DNA of 64,000 nt from a virus: the IMG/VR virus record IMGVR_UViG_3300028800_000081, positions 1 to 64,000 of that record. One strand, given 5' to 3'. Of the stretch, positions 1-10,782 are shown in pieces. Each line of letters opens with the position of its first letter. The stretch's first letter is position 1. The translations under genes and the position numbers were made by a program. The notes under the pieces were generated by a model. It saw only the letters and a list, made by a program, of their open reading frames with translations, ran no database searches and was not told the origin of the DNA.

Positions 1-22
1 CCGACATGGGGCAGATCCCGCA

Positions 23-1447
23 ATGAGCAATCTACCCCCTCTCGTCATCACCGCTGCGGGGCCGCAACCCACGCCGCCTGCGACGCTCTACCAGCGGCTG
101 ATCGCTCTCGTGGCTGCTGCTGTCCCGGGCTACACGGCCAATCTCCCCGGCTCGCTGATTGACGATGTGGCGGGCACGGACGTCGGCGCTCTCGTGATTT
201 GCGACCAGGCGCGCATCGACCTCATAAATTCGCTCGATCCCTACACGGCAAATCCTCAGCTTCTCATCAGCCTCGGAAACATGCTGGGCGTGCCGCAGGG
301 GCTGGGATCAAATACCAGCGTCTACGTGGTTTTCTCCGGCACGGTCGGCTTCGTGATAGGCAAGGGCTTTGTCGTCTCGGACGGCGCGCATCAATACGCG
401 GTCCAGGATGGTGGGATCGTCAATTCGACCGGTTCATCGCTGCCGCTGTTCTGCCTCGCGACGGCGGCTGGCACATGGGCTGTTCCGGCCGGCACCGTGA
501 CGTCCATCGTCACCTCAGTGCCGGGCAGCATCACGCTCAGCGTGACAAACCCCGCGGACGGCCTGCCGGGCGTCGGGGAACAGAGCGAGGAGGACTATCG
601 CGCCCAGGTGCTCACCGCAAACCTCGCGACCTCGCAGGGCATGACGAGCTATTTGCGGACGCTTCTGAGCAATGTCTCGGGCGTTCAGCCGCGGCTCATT
701 TCGCCGCTGCAGACATCGGCTGGGTGGGAAATCATCGTGGGCGGGGGAGACCCGTACGACGTCGCCTATGAGATTTTCACTGCCTTGTTCGACATCAACA
801 CCCTTGTAGGTTCTACACTTTTCGTTTCGAACATCACGCAGGCGGCAAGCGGGAAGGTAACGACCGTCTTGAACCATGGGCTTTCGAACGGCAACATCGT
901 GGAGGTGAACGGCGTCGTCGGCATGACGGGAATCAATGGCCTGCCTCTCACCGTGACGGTTGTCGATGAGAAGAACTTCACGACCGGCGTCGATACATCC
1001 GGGTTTGGCGCATATGTGAGCGGCGGGATCGTCACGCCGAACCCGCGCAACACCGCAGTATCGATCGTCGACTATCCCAACACCTATTCGATCCCCTTCG
1101 TATTGCCGCCGCTTCAGACTGTTTCGATGGCCGTGACGTGGAACACAGATTCGCCCAACATCGTCTCTCCCGCAGCGATCGCGGCCGCAGCGGCGCCGGC
1201 ACTTGCCCTCTATGTGAATTCGATCCTCGTCGGCCAGCCGATGAACCTTTTCGTGCTCAACTCGACGTTTCAGCAAGCCGTGGCAAATATCGTCGACCCG
1301 CAGCTCCTGACGCGGCTTGTCTTCAGCGTCTCAATCAATGGCGTGGGAACGGCACCGGAAGCTGGAACGGGGATTATCGCGGGCGACCCTGAATCGTTTT
1401 TTCAAACTGCGTCCGACGGTTCGCAAATCGTCATAAGTCAGGGGTAG
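23..1447 (+). CDS. Baseplate J-like wedge protein with an inserted small beta-domain (E1-FCCH-like)
   Basis: 474 aa; J-like GVGEQSEEDYRAQV motif; insert SNITQAASGKVTTVLNHGLSNGNIV...GAYVSGG; lies upstream of wedge and fibre genes. Confidence 0.8.
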   Translation: MSNLPPLVITAAGPQPTPPATLYQRLIALVAAAVPGYTANLPGSLIDDVAGTDVGALVICDQARIDLINSLDPYTANPQLLISLGNMLGVPQGLGSNTSVYVVFSGTVGFVIGKGFVVSDGAHQYAVQDGGIVNSTGSSLPLFCLATAAGTWAVPAGTVTSIVTSVPGSITLSVTNPADGLPGVGEQSEEDYRAQVLTANLATSQGMTSYLRTLLSNVSGVQPRLISPLQTSAGWEIIVGGGDPYDVAYEIFTALFDINTLVGSTLFVSNITQAASGKVTTVLNHGLSNGNIVEVNGVVGMTGINGLPLTVTVVDEKNFTTGVDTSGFGAYVSGGIVTPNPRNTAVSIVDYPNTYSIPFVLPPLQTVSMAVTWNTDSPNIVSPAAIAAAAAPALALYVNSILVGQPMNLFVLNSTFQQAVANIVDPQLLTRLVFSVSINGVGTAPEAGTGIIAGDPESFFQTASDGSQIVISQG

Positions 1448-1450
1448 GCG

Positions 1451-1840
1451 ATGTCGAACGGTCAATCGAGCCCCGGGTGGATCAAAGGCTACGTTCCTTC
1501 CGCTGATCAGTGGAATTCCGAATTTGCGAGCAAGCAGGACGCCAACCCTCCGGTCGTGGAAAACACCGGCAACTTCACCGTGTCGGCTTCCGGAACATAC
1601 GGATATTTCGGCAACACGAATGCAACGTGCACGATGTCGGTTCTTGCGTCAGGGATCACGCCGTATCGGATCAAGAATTTTGGCACTGCGCTGCTGACAG
1701 TCGTGGCAGACCCCGGCGATACGGACGTGATGTTCATTCCCGTCTCGGGATCGACGCCGCAAGCCTCGATCGTGCTAGCGCCCGGCGCCGATTATGACTT
1801 TGAGAATTTCGTGACGCAGCGCGTGTGGGCGCTCTTCTGA
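1451..1840 (+). CDS. Hypothetical virion protein
   Basis: 129 aa, tightly packed in the baseplate operon. Confidence 0.6.
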   Translation: MSNGQSSPGWIKGYVPSADQWNSEFASKQDANPPVVENTGNFTVSASGTYGYFGNTNATCTMSVLASGITPYRIKNFGTALLTVVADPGDTDVMFIPVSGSTPQASIVLAPGADYDFENFVTQRVWALF

Positions 1841-1843
1841 GCC

Positions 1844-2545
1844 ATGCTGCAGAAGATCCTTCCGTCCTATGTTTACAGTCAATTTTCTGACGACGACGAC
1901 ATCCAGGCGTTCAAGGACGCCTACAACACGTTGGCGCAGCAATATCTGGATTGGGATATCCAGATCAATCTGCCGGTCTACACCGGGCCGCTGATTGTCG
2001 GTCTGCTGCTAGATTGGGTTGCGCTCGGCCTCTACGGCATGAAGCGCCCGGTACTGCCTTTCGGCATCGCGGCAAAGGCCGGGCCCTACAATACGTTCGC
2101 CTACAATACGCTTCCGTATAACGCCATCGAGGCACCGAAGAACGTCCATCCGTTCGTCACGAGCGACGATGTTTTCAAGCGCTGCATGACGTGGGCGCTC
2201 TACAAAGGGGACGGCAAGGTCTTCGATATCCGCTGGCTGAAGCGGCGCGTCGCGCGATTCCTGTTCGGCGTGAACGGCACCGATCCGCCGGTGGATCAGA
2301 CGTATCGCATCAGCGTGACGTTCGGCACCGACAATCAGGTGGACATCAATATTCTGAGCGGCTTTGGTTCGCTCATCAACGGCGCGGTCTACAACGGGTT
2401 TGCGTACAATACCCAGCGCTACAACGGCCGCCTGACGCACTTCTCGCCGCTTATCCCGATCCCGCTAGCGCCTGTGTTCAAAGCCGCGATGGATGCTGGC
2501 GTGCTTGAAACCCCATTCCAATTCAAATTTGTCGTCGGAATCTGA
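1844..2545 (+). CDS. Baseplate wedge protein (DUF2612/gpI-like)
   Basis: GLLLDWVALGLYGMKRP motif; position after baseplate J. Confidence 0.7.
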   Translation: MLQKILPSYVYSQFSDDDDIQAFKDAYNTLAQQYLDWDIQINLPVYTGPLIVGLLLDWVALGLYGMKRPVLPFGIAAKAGPYNTFAYNTLPYNAIEAPKNVHPFVTSDDVFKRCMTWALYKGDGKVFDIRWLKRRVARFLFGVNGTDPPVDQTYRISVTFGTDNQVDINILSGFGSLINGAVYNGFAYNTQRYNGRLTHFSPLIPIPLAPVFKAAMDAGVLETPFQFKFVVGI

Positions 2546-2553
2546 GGAAAATC

Positions 2554-3960
2554 ATGTCGCAAATCACTCTGCTCGCCGCGAACAATGCCACGACAACGCT
2601 CGCAGGCTCGATCACCAATGTCGCGACAACGGCCAACCTTGCGGTGGGGTCCGGCGCGCTGTTCCCGACGCCGGCTGCGGGACAGTTTTTCGTTTTGACG
2701 TTTGTCGATGCGGCGACCGGGCTTCTCAACGAAATCGTGCATGTCACGAACATCAGCGGCGACACGATCACGATGGTGCGCGCCCAGGAAGGCACATCCG
2801 CACTGGCATGGAGCGCCGGCGACCTTGCGCTATCGCTCGTAACGGCAGGCTCGGTCGAGCTCTTCACCCAGCCGCTGCAGCTTCAGTCTCAGTCTGGAAA
2901 TTCCGGAACCGATACCGGGACGGCGAACGCGCTGGTTCTGACGCTCGATCCCGTGCCGCAGACGTTCGCCGATCTTCTCGGGACGTCGCTTCGCATCAAG
3001 AAATCAGCAGCGGCAAATACCGGAGCGACGACACTCAACGTCAATGGCTTCGGCGTATTTAACGTCCTCCACGCGGACGGCTCCGCCCTTGGCTCCGGTG
3101 AACTGCCGGCGAATGGCTGGTTCAACGTTATCGTCGGGGCAGGCTCTTTCACGCTTTCGAGCGTTTCAGCGGCACCGAACAATTCCGTCGTTTCGCAGAA
3201 CTGCTGGGGCGGAACTTCGGGTGGGGCTGCAAACGTTCAGACATTGGCGACCACGCCGACCTTCGCGAGTTTGGTCGCCGGGCAAATGGTCACCTGCGTG
3301 GCCGGGTTCGCCAATACCGGAAGCGCAACGCTCAACGTGAACTCTACCGGTCCAAAAACCATAGGGAAGCGCACCGGCTCCGGAATCGCGGCGCTGAATG
3401 GCGGCGAGATCATCGTCGGAAACCAATACAGCTTCCAGTACGACGGCACAAATTGGCAGCTTCTGGCCCCATGGGTCTCGACTGCGGCGACAAAGAGCGC
3501 GTCTGATAACACACAGACAGGTGTTGCATCCGTCGTTGGCGCGACGACTGCCGGGCATATCGCGGAATTCAATGACACGGCAGGCTCGGTCAAGGACGGT
3601 GGTTTTGGCCTCGCCTTCTCGACCTCCGCTCTGAACGCCTCGTGGTCGGCCGGGGCCGGGTTTTCTGTCGCTCACGGTCTCGGCGCTGTTCCGACCATGG
3701 TGTGGGTCAAAGCGAAGTGCACGAGCGCACAGGGCAATTACTCCGTCGGTCAATTCATCAATCTCATTGCCGAGATCGACGCCACAGGTAGCGTGGGCAC
3801 AACCTACTATCGTGGCGTCACTGTCGCGTGGGACGGCACGAACATAATCGTGAACGTCGCGTCTACAGGCATCTTTGCGCTCGACGCTTCGAGCTTCAAC
3901 GGCTTCCAGCTCGACAACGCGCACTGGAGCCTTCAAACCACCGCAATGCTCGTCAGCTAA
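2554..3960 (+). CDS. Tail fibre protein
   Basis: N-terminal VRAQEGTSALAWSAGD module; two ANTG.xTLNVN repeats; Gly/Ala/Thr-rich. Confidence 0.8.
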   Translation: MSQITLLAANNATTTLAGSITNVATTANLAVGSGALFPTPAAGQFFVLTFVDAATGLLNEIVHVTNISGDTITMVRAQEGTSALAWSAGDLALSLVTAGSVELFTQPLQLQSQSGNSGTDTGTANALVLTLDPVPQTFADLLGTSLRIKKSAAANTGATTLNVNGFGVFNVLHADGSALGSGELPANGWFNVIVGAGSFTLSSVSAAPNNSVVSQNCWGGTSGGAANVQTLATTPTFASLVAGQMVTCVAGFANTGSATLNVNSTGPKTIGKRTGSGIAALNGGEIIVGNQYSFQYDGTNWQLLAPWVSTAATKSASDNTQTGVASVVGATTAGHIAEFNDTAGSVKDGGFGLAFSTSALNASWSAGAGFSVAHGLGAVPTMVWVKAKCTSAQGNYSVGQFINLIAEIDATGSVGTTYYRGVTVAWDGTNIIVNVASTGIFALDASSFNGFQLDNAHWSLQTTAMLVS

Positions 3961-3972
3961 GGAATTTGACGC

Positions 3973-4323
3973 ATGCCGAACATCGGACAGATCACGCCAC
4001 CGTTCCCGTCGCCTCCTCCCGCGACGCTGGGGGCGGGCTTGCATTGGGATTCCGGCATCATGCCATCAGGCGGATACACGGGGTTTCTCTACACCGCGCA
4101 ACTCGACCAGGCGGGGACGATGCAGATCACCCGCTATGCCGACCCGGCCGGGACACTTTCGCTCGGCACCGCACCGGCACAGGCGCTCACCGCGAACGTC
4201 CTCGGCTGGACCTACGTCAATGACAGGGTGCCGTATTCGGCGATTCAGATCCGCGTGACCAACCAGTCTGGCTCGACGGCCGCGCTATCCAACACCTTCG
4301 CCCTCGGTTCGATCGGAGCATGA
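3973..4323 (+). CDS. Hypothetical beta-rich tail-associated protein
   Basis: 116 aa; AAGGA SD upstream; operon packing. Confidence 0.6.
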   Translation: MPNIGQITPPFPSPPPATLGAGLHWDSGIMPSGGYTGFLYTAQLDQAGTMQITRYADPAGTLSLGTAPAQALTANVLGWTYVNDRVPYSAIQIRVTNQSGSTAALSNTFALGSIGA

Positions 4324-4325
4324 CT

Positions 4326-6200
4326 ATGAAGCGACTTCTATTTGCCGCGGCGCTTCTGTGCCCGCTTCCTGCGTTTGCGCAAGGCGGCGTCGGTCAGCCG
4401 GTGCAGATCCAGGATCCGACGACCCCGACGCAGAAGCTGAAGGTCAATTCCGATGGATCGATTCCTGTCACGGGATCGTTCTCAGCGTCTCTCGGCTCAT
4501 TTGCTCCTGGAGGCGCTTACGCCAATCTGACCGCAACAGGGTCGTCCGCGCGCGTTGCCCTTCCTGCCGGCCTCACCGTAGTGGCCTACAACAGTGGCAC
4601 CACGGCGGTTTCGTGCGTTCTCGGCAACGGGTCAGTCACGGCGGTTGCCAATGAGGATCAGATCGCGCCGGGCGGATTCTTTGCCTATGTCGTAGGATCG
4701 AATGTCGATCTCGCCTGTATCGACCAGACCGGCAGCGCGTCAAATGTCGTTGTCTTGTCCGGCGGCACAGGGTTGCCCGCGGGATCAGGCGGCGGAGGGG
4801 GAGGAGGCAGCGGCGGCACGGTAACGCAGGGATCGCCGCCTTGGTCCACGATCGACGGCGGAACGCTTCCGACGGGCGTCTCGCAGCCGACGGGCGGCGC
4901 TTCGTTGCTCGGCACGACCGGCCAGATCATGAAGGATCTCGATACGGCTGCTAGTCAAGCCAACACGCCTGTCGCGGGCCAAACGGCATCGGGAAGCGCC
5001 GGCGTGGCTCCGCCAGTGCTGATTGGCGGCACGCAGAATGCCGCGCAGACCGGCGTGGTTCAGAATCTCAAGATCGATTCCTCGGGTGAAGCTTCGATCA
5101 CGGCGGCGGCGTTGCCGCTCCCGACCGGCGCAATGCCTTCTTCGGGAGGATCTGTTACTGCGAACGCTGGGACAAATCTGAATACTTCCGCGCTTGAACT
5201 CGATACGACCGGCGCAACGGCAAACACGAACCTCGGCGCCCCTGGGGCCACGGCGTGCACGACGGACACCGCATCATGCTCACTTAATCAGCTTGCCCAG
5301 CGTCAGGCACAGCGGCTCACGACGATCAATACGACCCTCGGAACGCCGATGCAGGCGACGGGCGGCTCAGTCACAGCCAACGCCGGCACCAACCTCAACA
5401 CGTCGGCGCTCGCCACTGACGCGCATCTCACTCAGGCTCAGAGTGCCCCCGGGACGCCACAGACCCAAGCATTCACCATTCAAGGCAATTCGTCGGGCGT
5501 AGCGGTTCCGGTCACGAGCGGCGTTGCACAGGGTTCGACCACATCAGGTCAGACCGTTTCGCCCACGGGTTGCCGCACACTGACATCGGCTCCGACCGAC
5601 ACGACTGCGCAGACCAACATCCCTTGGTGCCGAACGAATGGCACTCAGGCGCAGGATTTGGCGTCGATCAACGGCACGACTGTTTTGGCGGGCACCGGCG
5701 CTGTCGGAACGGGGTCGCCTCGTGTTGCGGTCGGGACAGATACGGCAACAATCGCAGGGTCTTCCCCGACATCCCCCCTTGTCGCCGGAGGCATTGGAGC
5801 AACAGGGTCGGCACCACCTGCCAATGCCGTCTATCAAGGTGCGAACATAGGCGGCAATCTAACCGGGTTGGTCTCGTGCCAGAACTCCGTGATCTACGAC
5901 GCGTCTACAAACGGAGCAACGCAACTTGTTGCTCTCTCGTCCGGCAAGGTTGTCTACATCTGCGGCTACACGATATTCGCAGCAGGGACGGCAAACGTCG
6001 AACTCGACTATGGAACAGGTACGGCTTGTGCGACAGGTAACAACAAAATCACGCCGGCTTATCAGCTCACCGCCCAGACGGGTATCAGTGATCAGTCGCC
6101 ATATTATCGTGGACTGAATGCCATCGCGAGCAACGAGCTTTGCATCAAAACGAGTGCGGGCGTTGCGGTGCAGGCCGTCGTCTACTATTCGCAGTTCTGA
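4326..6200 (+). CDS. Long Thr/Gly/Ala-rich fibre-like protein with a Sec signal peptide
   Basis: MKRLLFAAALLCPLPAFA|Q; duplicated GGSVTANAGTNLNTSAL; paired cysteines. Confidence 0.7.
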   Translation: MKRLLFAAALLCPLPAFAQGGVGQPVQIQDPTTPTQKLKVNSDGSIPVTGSFSASLGSFAPGGAYANLTATGSSARVALPAGLTVVAYNSGTTAVSCVLGNGSVTAVANEDQIAPGGFFAYVVGSNVDLACIDQTGSASNVVVLSGGTGLPAGSGGGGGGGSGGTVTQGSPPWSTIDGGTLPTGVSQPTGGASLLGTTGQIMKDLDTAASQANTPVAGQTASGSAGVAPPVLIGGTQNAAQTGVVQNLKIDSSGEASITAAALPLPTGAMPSSGGSVTANAGTNLNTSALELDTTGATANTNLGAPGATACTTDTASCSLNQLAQRQAQRLTTINTTLGTPMQATGGSVTANAGTNLNTSALATDAHLTQAQSAPGTPQTQAFTIQGNSSGVAVPVTSGVAQGSTTSGQTVSPTGCRTLTSAPTDTTAQTNIPWCRTNGTQAQDLASINGTTVLAGTGAVGTGSPRVAVGTDTATIAGSSPTSPLVAGGIGATGSAPPANAVYQGANIGGNLTGLVSCQNSVIYDASTNGATQLVALSSGKVVYICGYTIFAAGTANVELDYGTGTACATGNNKITPAYQLTAQTGISDQSPYYRGLNAIASNELCIKTSAGVAVQAVVYYSQF

Positions 6201-6203
6201 TCC

Positions 6204-6527
6204 ATGAGCATTGTAAATTTCGGCCCCTTTGCCTACCGGACGCTTGGAGGCGTGATGAAAGAGGGCGATACAACGGGAGGCCATGATCATAATTTCGATC
6301 ATGTGACAATCCTGTTCAGCGGCGCGGTGCGTGTGGAGGCTGACGGAAAAACGGAATTGTTTCGGTCCTCTGTAGGGCATCACCCGAAAATCTGGATCAA
6401 GGCCGGGGTTGTCCATAGCATCACGGCCCTCGAAGACAACACATATCTCGAATGCTGGTACGTCCATCGGGACGAGAACGGTTACGTTGTCGAAGAATAC
6501 CAAGGCAATATGGCGGCGGTGCAATGA
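6204..6527 (+). CDS. Cupin-fold protein
   Basis: GHDHNFDH and IWIKAGVVHSITALED cupin motifs. Confidence 0.75.
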   Translation: MSIVNFGPFAYRTLGGVMKEGDTTGGHDHNFDHVTILFSGAVRVEADGKTELFRSSVGHHPKIWIKAGVVHSITALEDNTYLECWYVHRDENGYVVEEYQGNMAAVQ

Positions 6528-7243
6528 ACAGGCGCGAGGCTCTTCTGACTGGTGCCGCGCTGTCTCTCGCTCCGCAGATCGCGCGAGGAAACATCAGCAT
6601 ATCGGCTAAGGCCGGCTGCGAAATTCTGTTGCGCGTCAAGGATAACCGAAAAGACATAGGCGACGTGGCGCACGACAGCAAAACCGACCGCAGGGGAGAT
6701 GTATGCTTTGTCGCTCCCATCGGTTGGACGTGGGGCGATTGCGAGCGCGGCGGTCCGACCTACGAGCATGTCGAGACGACACCTGTTCCGCGTGAAAGGC
6801 ATTTCAAGATCGCCGACAGCGAATTGGAAACGGTTCGCCGCATTCATCCTGATAAGGTGAATGAAGACGGATTCCTCGTCGTTCGCAGCGTCGATCATGT
6901 TGAAGTTGCTCGGGAGGAGCGACCAATTCACACGCACATTCATGGCAATCATCCGTTCTGGCGCATTGTCCGACTTACGAATGTCAGGCGCAGCACGGCA
7001 ACGATCCTGGAGCATCCCGAGCAGCGGACGCATGAGAAGCAGCCTGAAACACACCTTCAGAGCCGGGGATACTATTTCGACATTGAAGCAACAAACGGTG
7101 CACTCCGTAAATTTCTTGATGATGATTCTCGCTCTGAACCAATCTTCGTCAGCGATATGAGCGAAACGGAATTCAAGGGACTGATCCGAAGACGGCCCAC
7201 GCTGCCTTGGGCGGTCGGTGCTATCCCGGGAGTGTTCGGATGA
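6524..7243 (+). CDS. Hypothetical protein with a Tat-like signal
   Basis: ATG overlaps the upstream stop; MNRREALLTGAALSLAP. Confidence 0.6.
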   Translation: MNRREALLTGAALSLAPQIARGNISISAKAGCEILLRVKDNRKDIGDVAHDSKTDRRGDVCFVAPIGWTWGDCERGGPTYEHVETTPVPRERHFKIADSELETVRRIHPDKVNEDGFLVVRSVDHVEVAREERPIHTHIHGNHPFWRIVRLTNVRRSTATILEHPEQRTHEKQPETHLQSRGYYFDIEATNGALRKFLDDDSRSEPIFVSDMSETEFKGLIRRRPTLPWAVGAIPGVFG

Positions 7244-8244
7244 GCACTACCAGCTCAATCGGGACAACCTCACGAAATTACTCGACCATCGCTGCGTGGA
7301 ACAGCGCCTTCACGACAGGCGGCTGGATCGGTCAGTGTTACAATGACAGTGAATTTCTGGTCACCAGCACGATCACAATTTCTGCAGCGACAAATGCTTC
7401 TGATTTTTACACGCTTCAAACTGCTGCCGGTCAGGGCTTCAAGGATAACGTAAACGCGCAGACGAACGGTCTTCCAGGGTACAATCAGACAAATGGTGTC
7501 GGGGTTCGTACCACGACTGGGTATACGTCGATCATTTCGAATGCTTCAACTGATTACGTCACTATCCAATATATTCAATGGTACTGCGCTAATACTGGCA
7601 GCGGAGGAAATTCGTCTTTCTTCGCCGTGAGATTTTTCAGCACAGCGCAGACGCATTGCATCATAGATTCAAATGTCATGCAAAATACCGGGCCTGGGAC
7701 TACGGCAGACCCTCCTTTTGAGATGTCATCTGGAACGGTGATCAATAATTTCATCCTCGCTCTATCGAATAAGAGCGGAATGCAGACGAGTACCCCAGGC
7801 ACGCTAATTCTGTGCAACAACACCATAGTTTGCCCCGCATCCGTGGGAAACACGCAGGCCGCGTTCAAGACGGCAAATGGTGGGCTGACCGTAACGGCGA
7901 TCAATAATTGCTGGTTTGGGTTCACCTCGTTCCAGAGCGCCGCCGCAGTATTTTCCGGCAACAACAACGCCTCGGACCTTGCAATCAGCTTCGGCTCCGC
8001 CAATCAAGCGTCGCTGACCTACTCGGCGCAGTTCAACAACTCTGCATCGAATTGGATACCTGCGTCATCCGGCTCCGCTTTGGTGGACAATGGCGCGACA
8101 GCAACAACACAAATTCCGGCAGCAATCGATATTGTAGGGACCAGCAGGCCGCAGGGCTCGGCATGGGATATCGGATGCTGGGAGCTAAAGTCAGGCGCAC
8201 CTCCTGCAACGAAGCATCAAATGACTACGATGGGAGCCGGCTAG
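7240..8244 (+). CDS. Beta-helix protein with a choice-of-anchor-Q-like C-terminus
   Basis: Asn-ladder repeats; DIVGTSRPQGSAWDIGCWE. Confidence 0.65.
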   Translation: MSTTSSIGTTSRNYSTIAAWNSAFTTGGWIGQCYNDSEFLVTSTITISAATNASDFYTLQTAAGQGFKDNVNAQTNGLPGYNQTNGVGVRTTTGYTSIISNASTDYVTIQYIQWYCANTGSGGNSSFFAVRFFSTAQTHCIIDSNVMQNTGPGTTADPPFEMSSGTVINNFILALSNKSGMQTSTPGTLILCNNTIVCPASVGNTQAAFKTANGGLTVTAINNCWFGFTSFQSAAAVFSGNNNASDLAISFGSANQASLTYSAQFNNSASNWIPASSGSALVDNGATATTQIPAAIDIVGTSRPQGSAWDIGCWELKSGAPPATKHQMTTMGAG

Positions 8245-8247
8245 GTG

Positions 8248-10359
8248 ATGTCTCGGCGTTTTATGCTGGCATCAACCGCTGTTTTTGGCTTAAGTGCCCC
8301 AGCTAATGCGGCGCTTTTTTCCGGCGGCATAGTCCAGCAATCCGCATCTGCCCTCACCGTCACCGAATTCAATATCGGTTATTTCCAAACCTTCTACTCA
8401 TGGACGAACCTGACGATCAGCGGCACGGCCGTTACCGATGCTGGCAACACAAATCAGTTCCTCGCCAACATGAATGGCCTGCCGTTCACGATTGCAGGGG
8501 TGGCGTATATTGTCGCCGCTTTTGTTAACTCGAATCACATCACGCTCGCGACCGCTCCGGGAAATGGCACTGGCGTTCATGCGACAATCGCCTACCCAGG
8601 CACTGTCATAAATCGCGCAGTTGGGTCGAATAGCAGATCGGTCACGCTTTCAGGAACGTACACTGGAAACTCGCCATCGTCTCTCGATTGCAAGCTGACA
8701 TATGCCGCAGCGTGTCAGGTAGCGACGCCGGGAGCGACATTTCAAAACTGGGCAACAATGAGCTCCTTGAGTGCGAGTGGCGGCACATGGACTGCGGTCA
8801 TCAATGTCCCGCTCTGCAACGATTGGGTCGTGGCGCAGATCAGGGACCACTATAACAATTCCGTTCTCTCAAACCTGCAGGTGAATTTCTGGGGCGTTGG
8901 TGTCAACGTCATGCTCTCAGGACAAAGCAATATCGACAAACTGATAGAGCTTGGACCGTCTTTGCTGAATACAAATCAAGACAGCCGCACAAGGGTTTTC
9001 GATCACAGTGGCTGGCACGCCGTCCATGTTTATCAGTTCCCCGGTGCGCCGTCGTGGGCGGGGGCGGACGGTGTTGCCAACGATAATGTAATCCGGCTCT
9101 CAAACGAGATTGCAAATTCCCTGAATTGCGTGACGGGAGTTCTGGTTTTTGAAGCAAGCGGAACGGCGATCAAACAGTGGCTTCTAGCTGCGAATGGGGG
9201 ATATGCAAACAACGACTCTCGCAATATCTGGGTAGCGAATGCAATTGGCGGGAACGGCGGCGGAACATCATCCGGCGATCTCGCGGGGCTGAACAGCACG
9301 ACGCTTCTGTATTCTACAGATTTTGAAGCTGCGGTGTGGCAGCAGGGCGAGAACGATGTCGGAAGCGTGGTCTATGGCACGCAACTCGCGGCGCTGTTCG
9401 GACAGATTCAGTCTGTCAATGGCCGAAGCGGAAACCAATTCAAATTCTGCGTCGTGCCGATCGGAACTCAGGTCATTGGGCCTAACGGTTATACGCCAGG
9501 CAGCAATTCCGGGTATGACTCGGTTCGGGAAGCGCAGCAGACGTGGATTTCAAGCAATGTTGGAGCAGGGTCGATTTATGGAGGCTCCGTACAGGATGCG
9601 ACCCACAATCCTTTTGATCCGGTTAGCGTCGGTGACTATGTGCATTGGTGCTATTCAGACCGCGTTTCTATGGGCAAGCGATACACGCAGGCGTTGTTGC
9701 AGGCACTCGGAGCGCAGGCTTATGGCGCGGCTGGGCCGGCCATCACCAGCGCCAGTATGTCCACTGGCTCAAGCACGATAATCGTTACGGTCACACAGGA
9801 CCAAGGAACGCAGCTTCTCGACGCCAATGGCAGCAACACAGGAGCCAACCTTCAGGGCTTCGTGGTCGTCATCAATGGGTCGCCTGTCGCAGTCACGAAT
9901 GCGCAGATCACGGGTGCAAGTCAGATCACGCTAACGACCGCTTCGCCTCGCGGCGCAGGCCAAACGGCAACGGTCTCGTACCAGAATGGCGCGAATCCTG
10001 ACGCTATCGTCTACGGGCAATGGACCAATCTGAGCTGCACGCACAATTCCCTGACGATCACGGACGCGAGCAATCTCGGCATCTTCAATTCCGTCATGGC
10101 CGGGGGAACGATTGTCATCAGCGCGGGAACGAATTTCGTACCCGGAAGCTACACGATCAACACCATCCCTGATGCGAACACCTGCACCGTCACGGCTACT
10201 CCATGCCCATCTGCGAACGGTACTGCTGGGGCTGCGGGCGTCTCTGTGAACGGCACGCCTGACGTGATATACGACAATTTCGCTTGGGCCGGCACGCTTT
10301 ACCCGGACACACGCGGAATGCCGCTGCAGCCGACCAACGGAGCGATTTCGATACCATGA
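8248..10359 (+). CDS. SGNH/SASA-type carbohydrate O-acetylesterase with beta-sandwich domains and a Tat signal
   Basis: SGQSN, WQQGEND and DYVH blocks; MSRRFMLASTAVFGLSAPANA. Confidence 0.75.
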   Translation: MSRRFMLASTAVFGLSAPANAALFSGGIVQQSASALTVTEFNIGYFQTFYSWTNLTISGTAVTDAGNTNQFLANMNGLPFTIAGVAYIVAAFVNSNHITLATAPGNGTGVHATIAYPGTVINRAVGSNSRSVTLSGTYTGNSPSSLDCKLTYAAACQVATPGATFQNWATMSSLSASGGTWTAVINVPLCNDWVVAQIRDHYNNSVLSNLQVNFWGVGVNVMLSGQSNIDKLIELGPSLLNTNQDSRTRVFDHSGWHAVHVYQFPGAPSWAGADGVANDNVIRLSNEIANSLNCVTGVLVFEASGTAIKQWLLAANGGYANNDSRNIWVANAIGGNGGGTSSGDLAGLNSTTLLYSTDFEAAVWQQGENDVGSVVYGTQLAALFGQIQSVNGRSGNQFKFCVVPIGTQVIGPNGYTPGSNSGYDSVREAQQTWISSNVGAGSIYGGSVQDATHNPFDPVSVGDYVHWCYSDRVSMGKRYTQALLQALGAQAYGAAGPAITSASMSTGSSTIIVTVTQDQGTQLLDANGSNTGANLQGFVVVINGSPVAVTNAQITGASQITLTTASPRGAGQTATVSYQNGANPDAIVYGQWTNLSCTHNSLTITDASNLGIFNSVMAGGTIVISAGTNFVPGSYTINTIPDANTCTVTATPCPSANGTAGAAGVSVNGTPDVIYDNFAWAGTLYPDTRGMPLQPTNGAISIP

Positions 10360-10766
10360 TGCGGCCCCGCTCGATTGTCCTTGCGCTTGCGCTGATCGTG
10401 CCGCAGCCGGTGCTTGCCGCCGGCGCCGCGATCTTCCTCTCGACGCACATGGTAGCGCCGCCGAACGCGACGACGTTCCTGCAGGAAGACGCAGCACAAG
10501 GCTGCTCGCTCAGCGTTCCCGATAAGGCGCGTTACAGTCTGCTGTTCATGACGCTGAACCGGGACGCGGTTCCGTTGTCGCAGTTCGACCGCATGACGCT
10601 CCCTGGGCTGGCGCCGGATCAATGCAGCGCCAACATCGTCGCGGCCACTCCGACCTTCGCGGGCTACTACCTGTTTCCATACGGAGCGGTGTTCGGCGGC
10701 GCGATCTCGCCTTGCCTCCAGACCGTTCAAAAGGTCGGAAATCTCAGCCGACTCCCAACATGCTGA
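10356..10766 (+). CDS. Small secreted hypothetical protein
   Basis: MMRPRSIVLALALIVPQPVLA signal; four cysteines. Confidence 0.6.
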   Translation: MMRPRSIVLALALIVPQPVLAAGAAIFLSTHMVAPPNATTFLQEDAAQGCSLSVPDKARYSLLFMTLNRDAVPLSQFDRMTLPGLAPDQCSANIVAATPTFAGYYLFPYGAVFGGAISPCLQTVQKVGNLSRLPTC

Positions 10767-10782
10767 TCGGAGCTATCTTCTG

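Noticed and set aside
5146-5411. Diversity-generating retroelement repeat pair in the fibre-like gene
   Set aside because: The GGSVTANAGTNLNTSAL duplication differs at synonymous positions rather than only at adenines, and no reverse transcriptase is present
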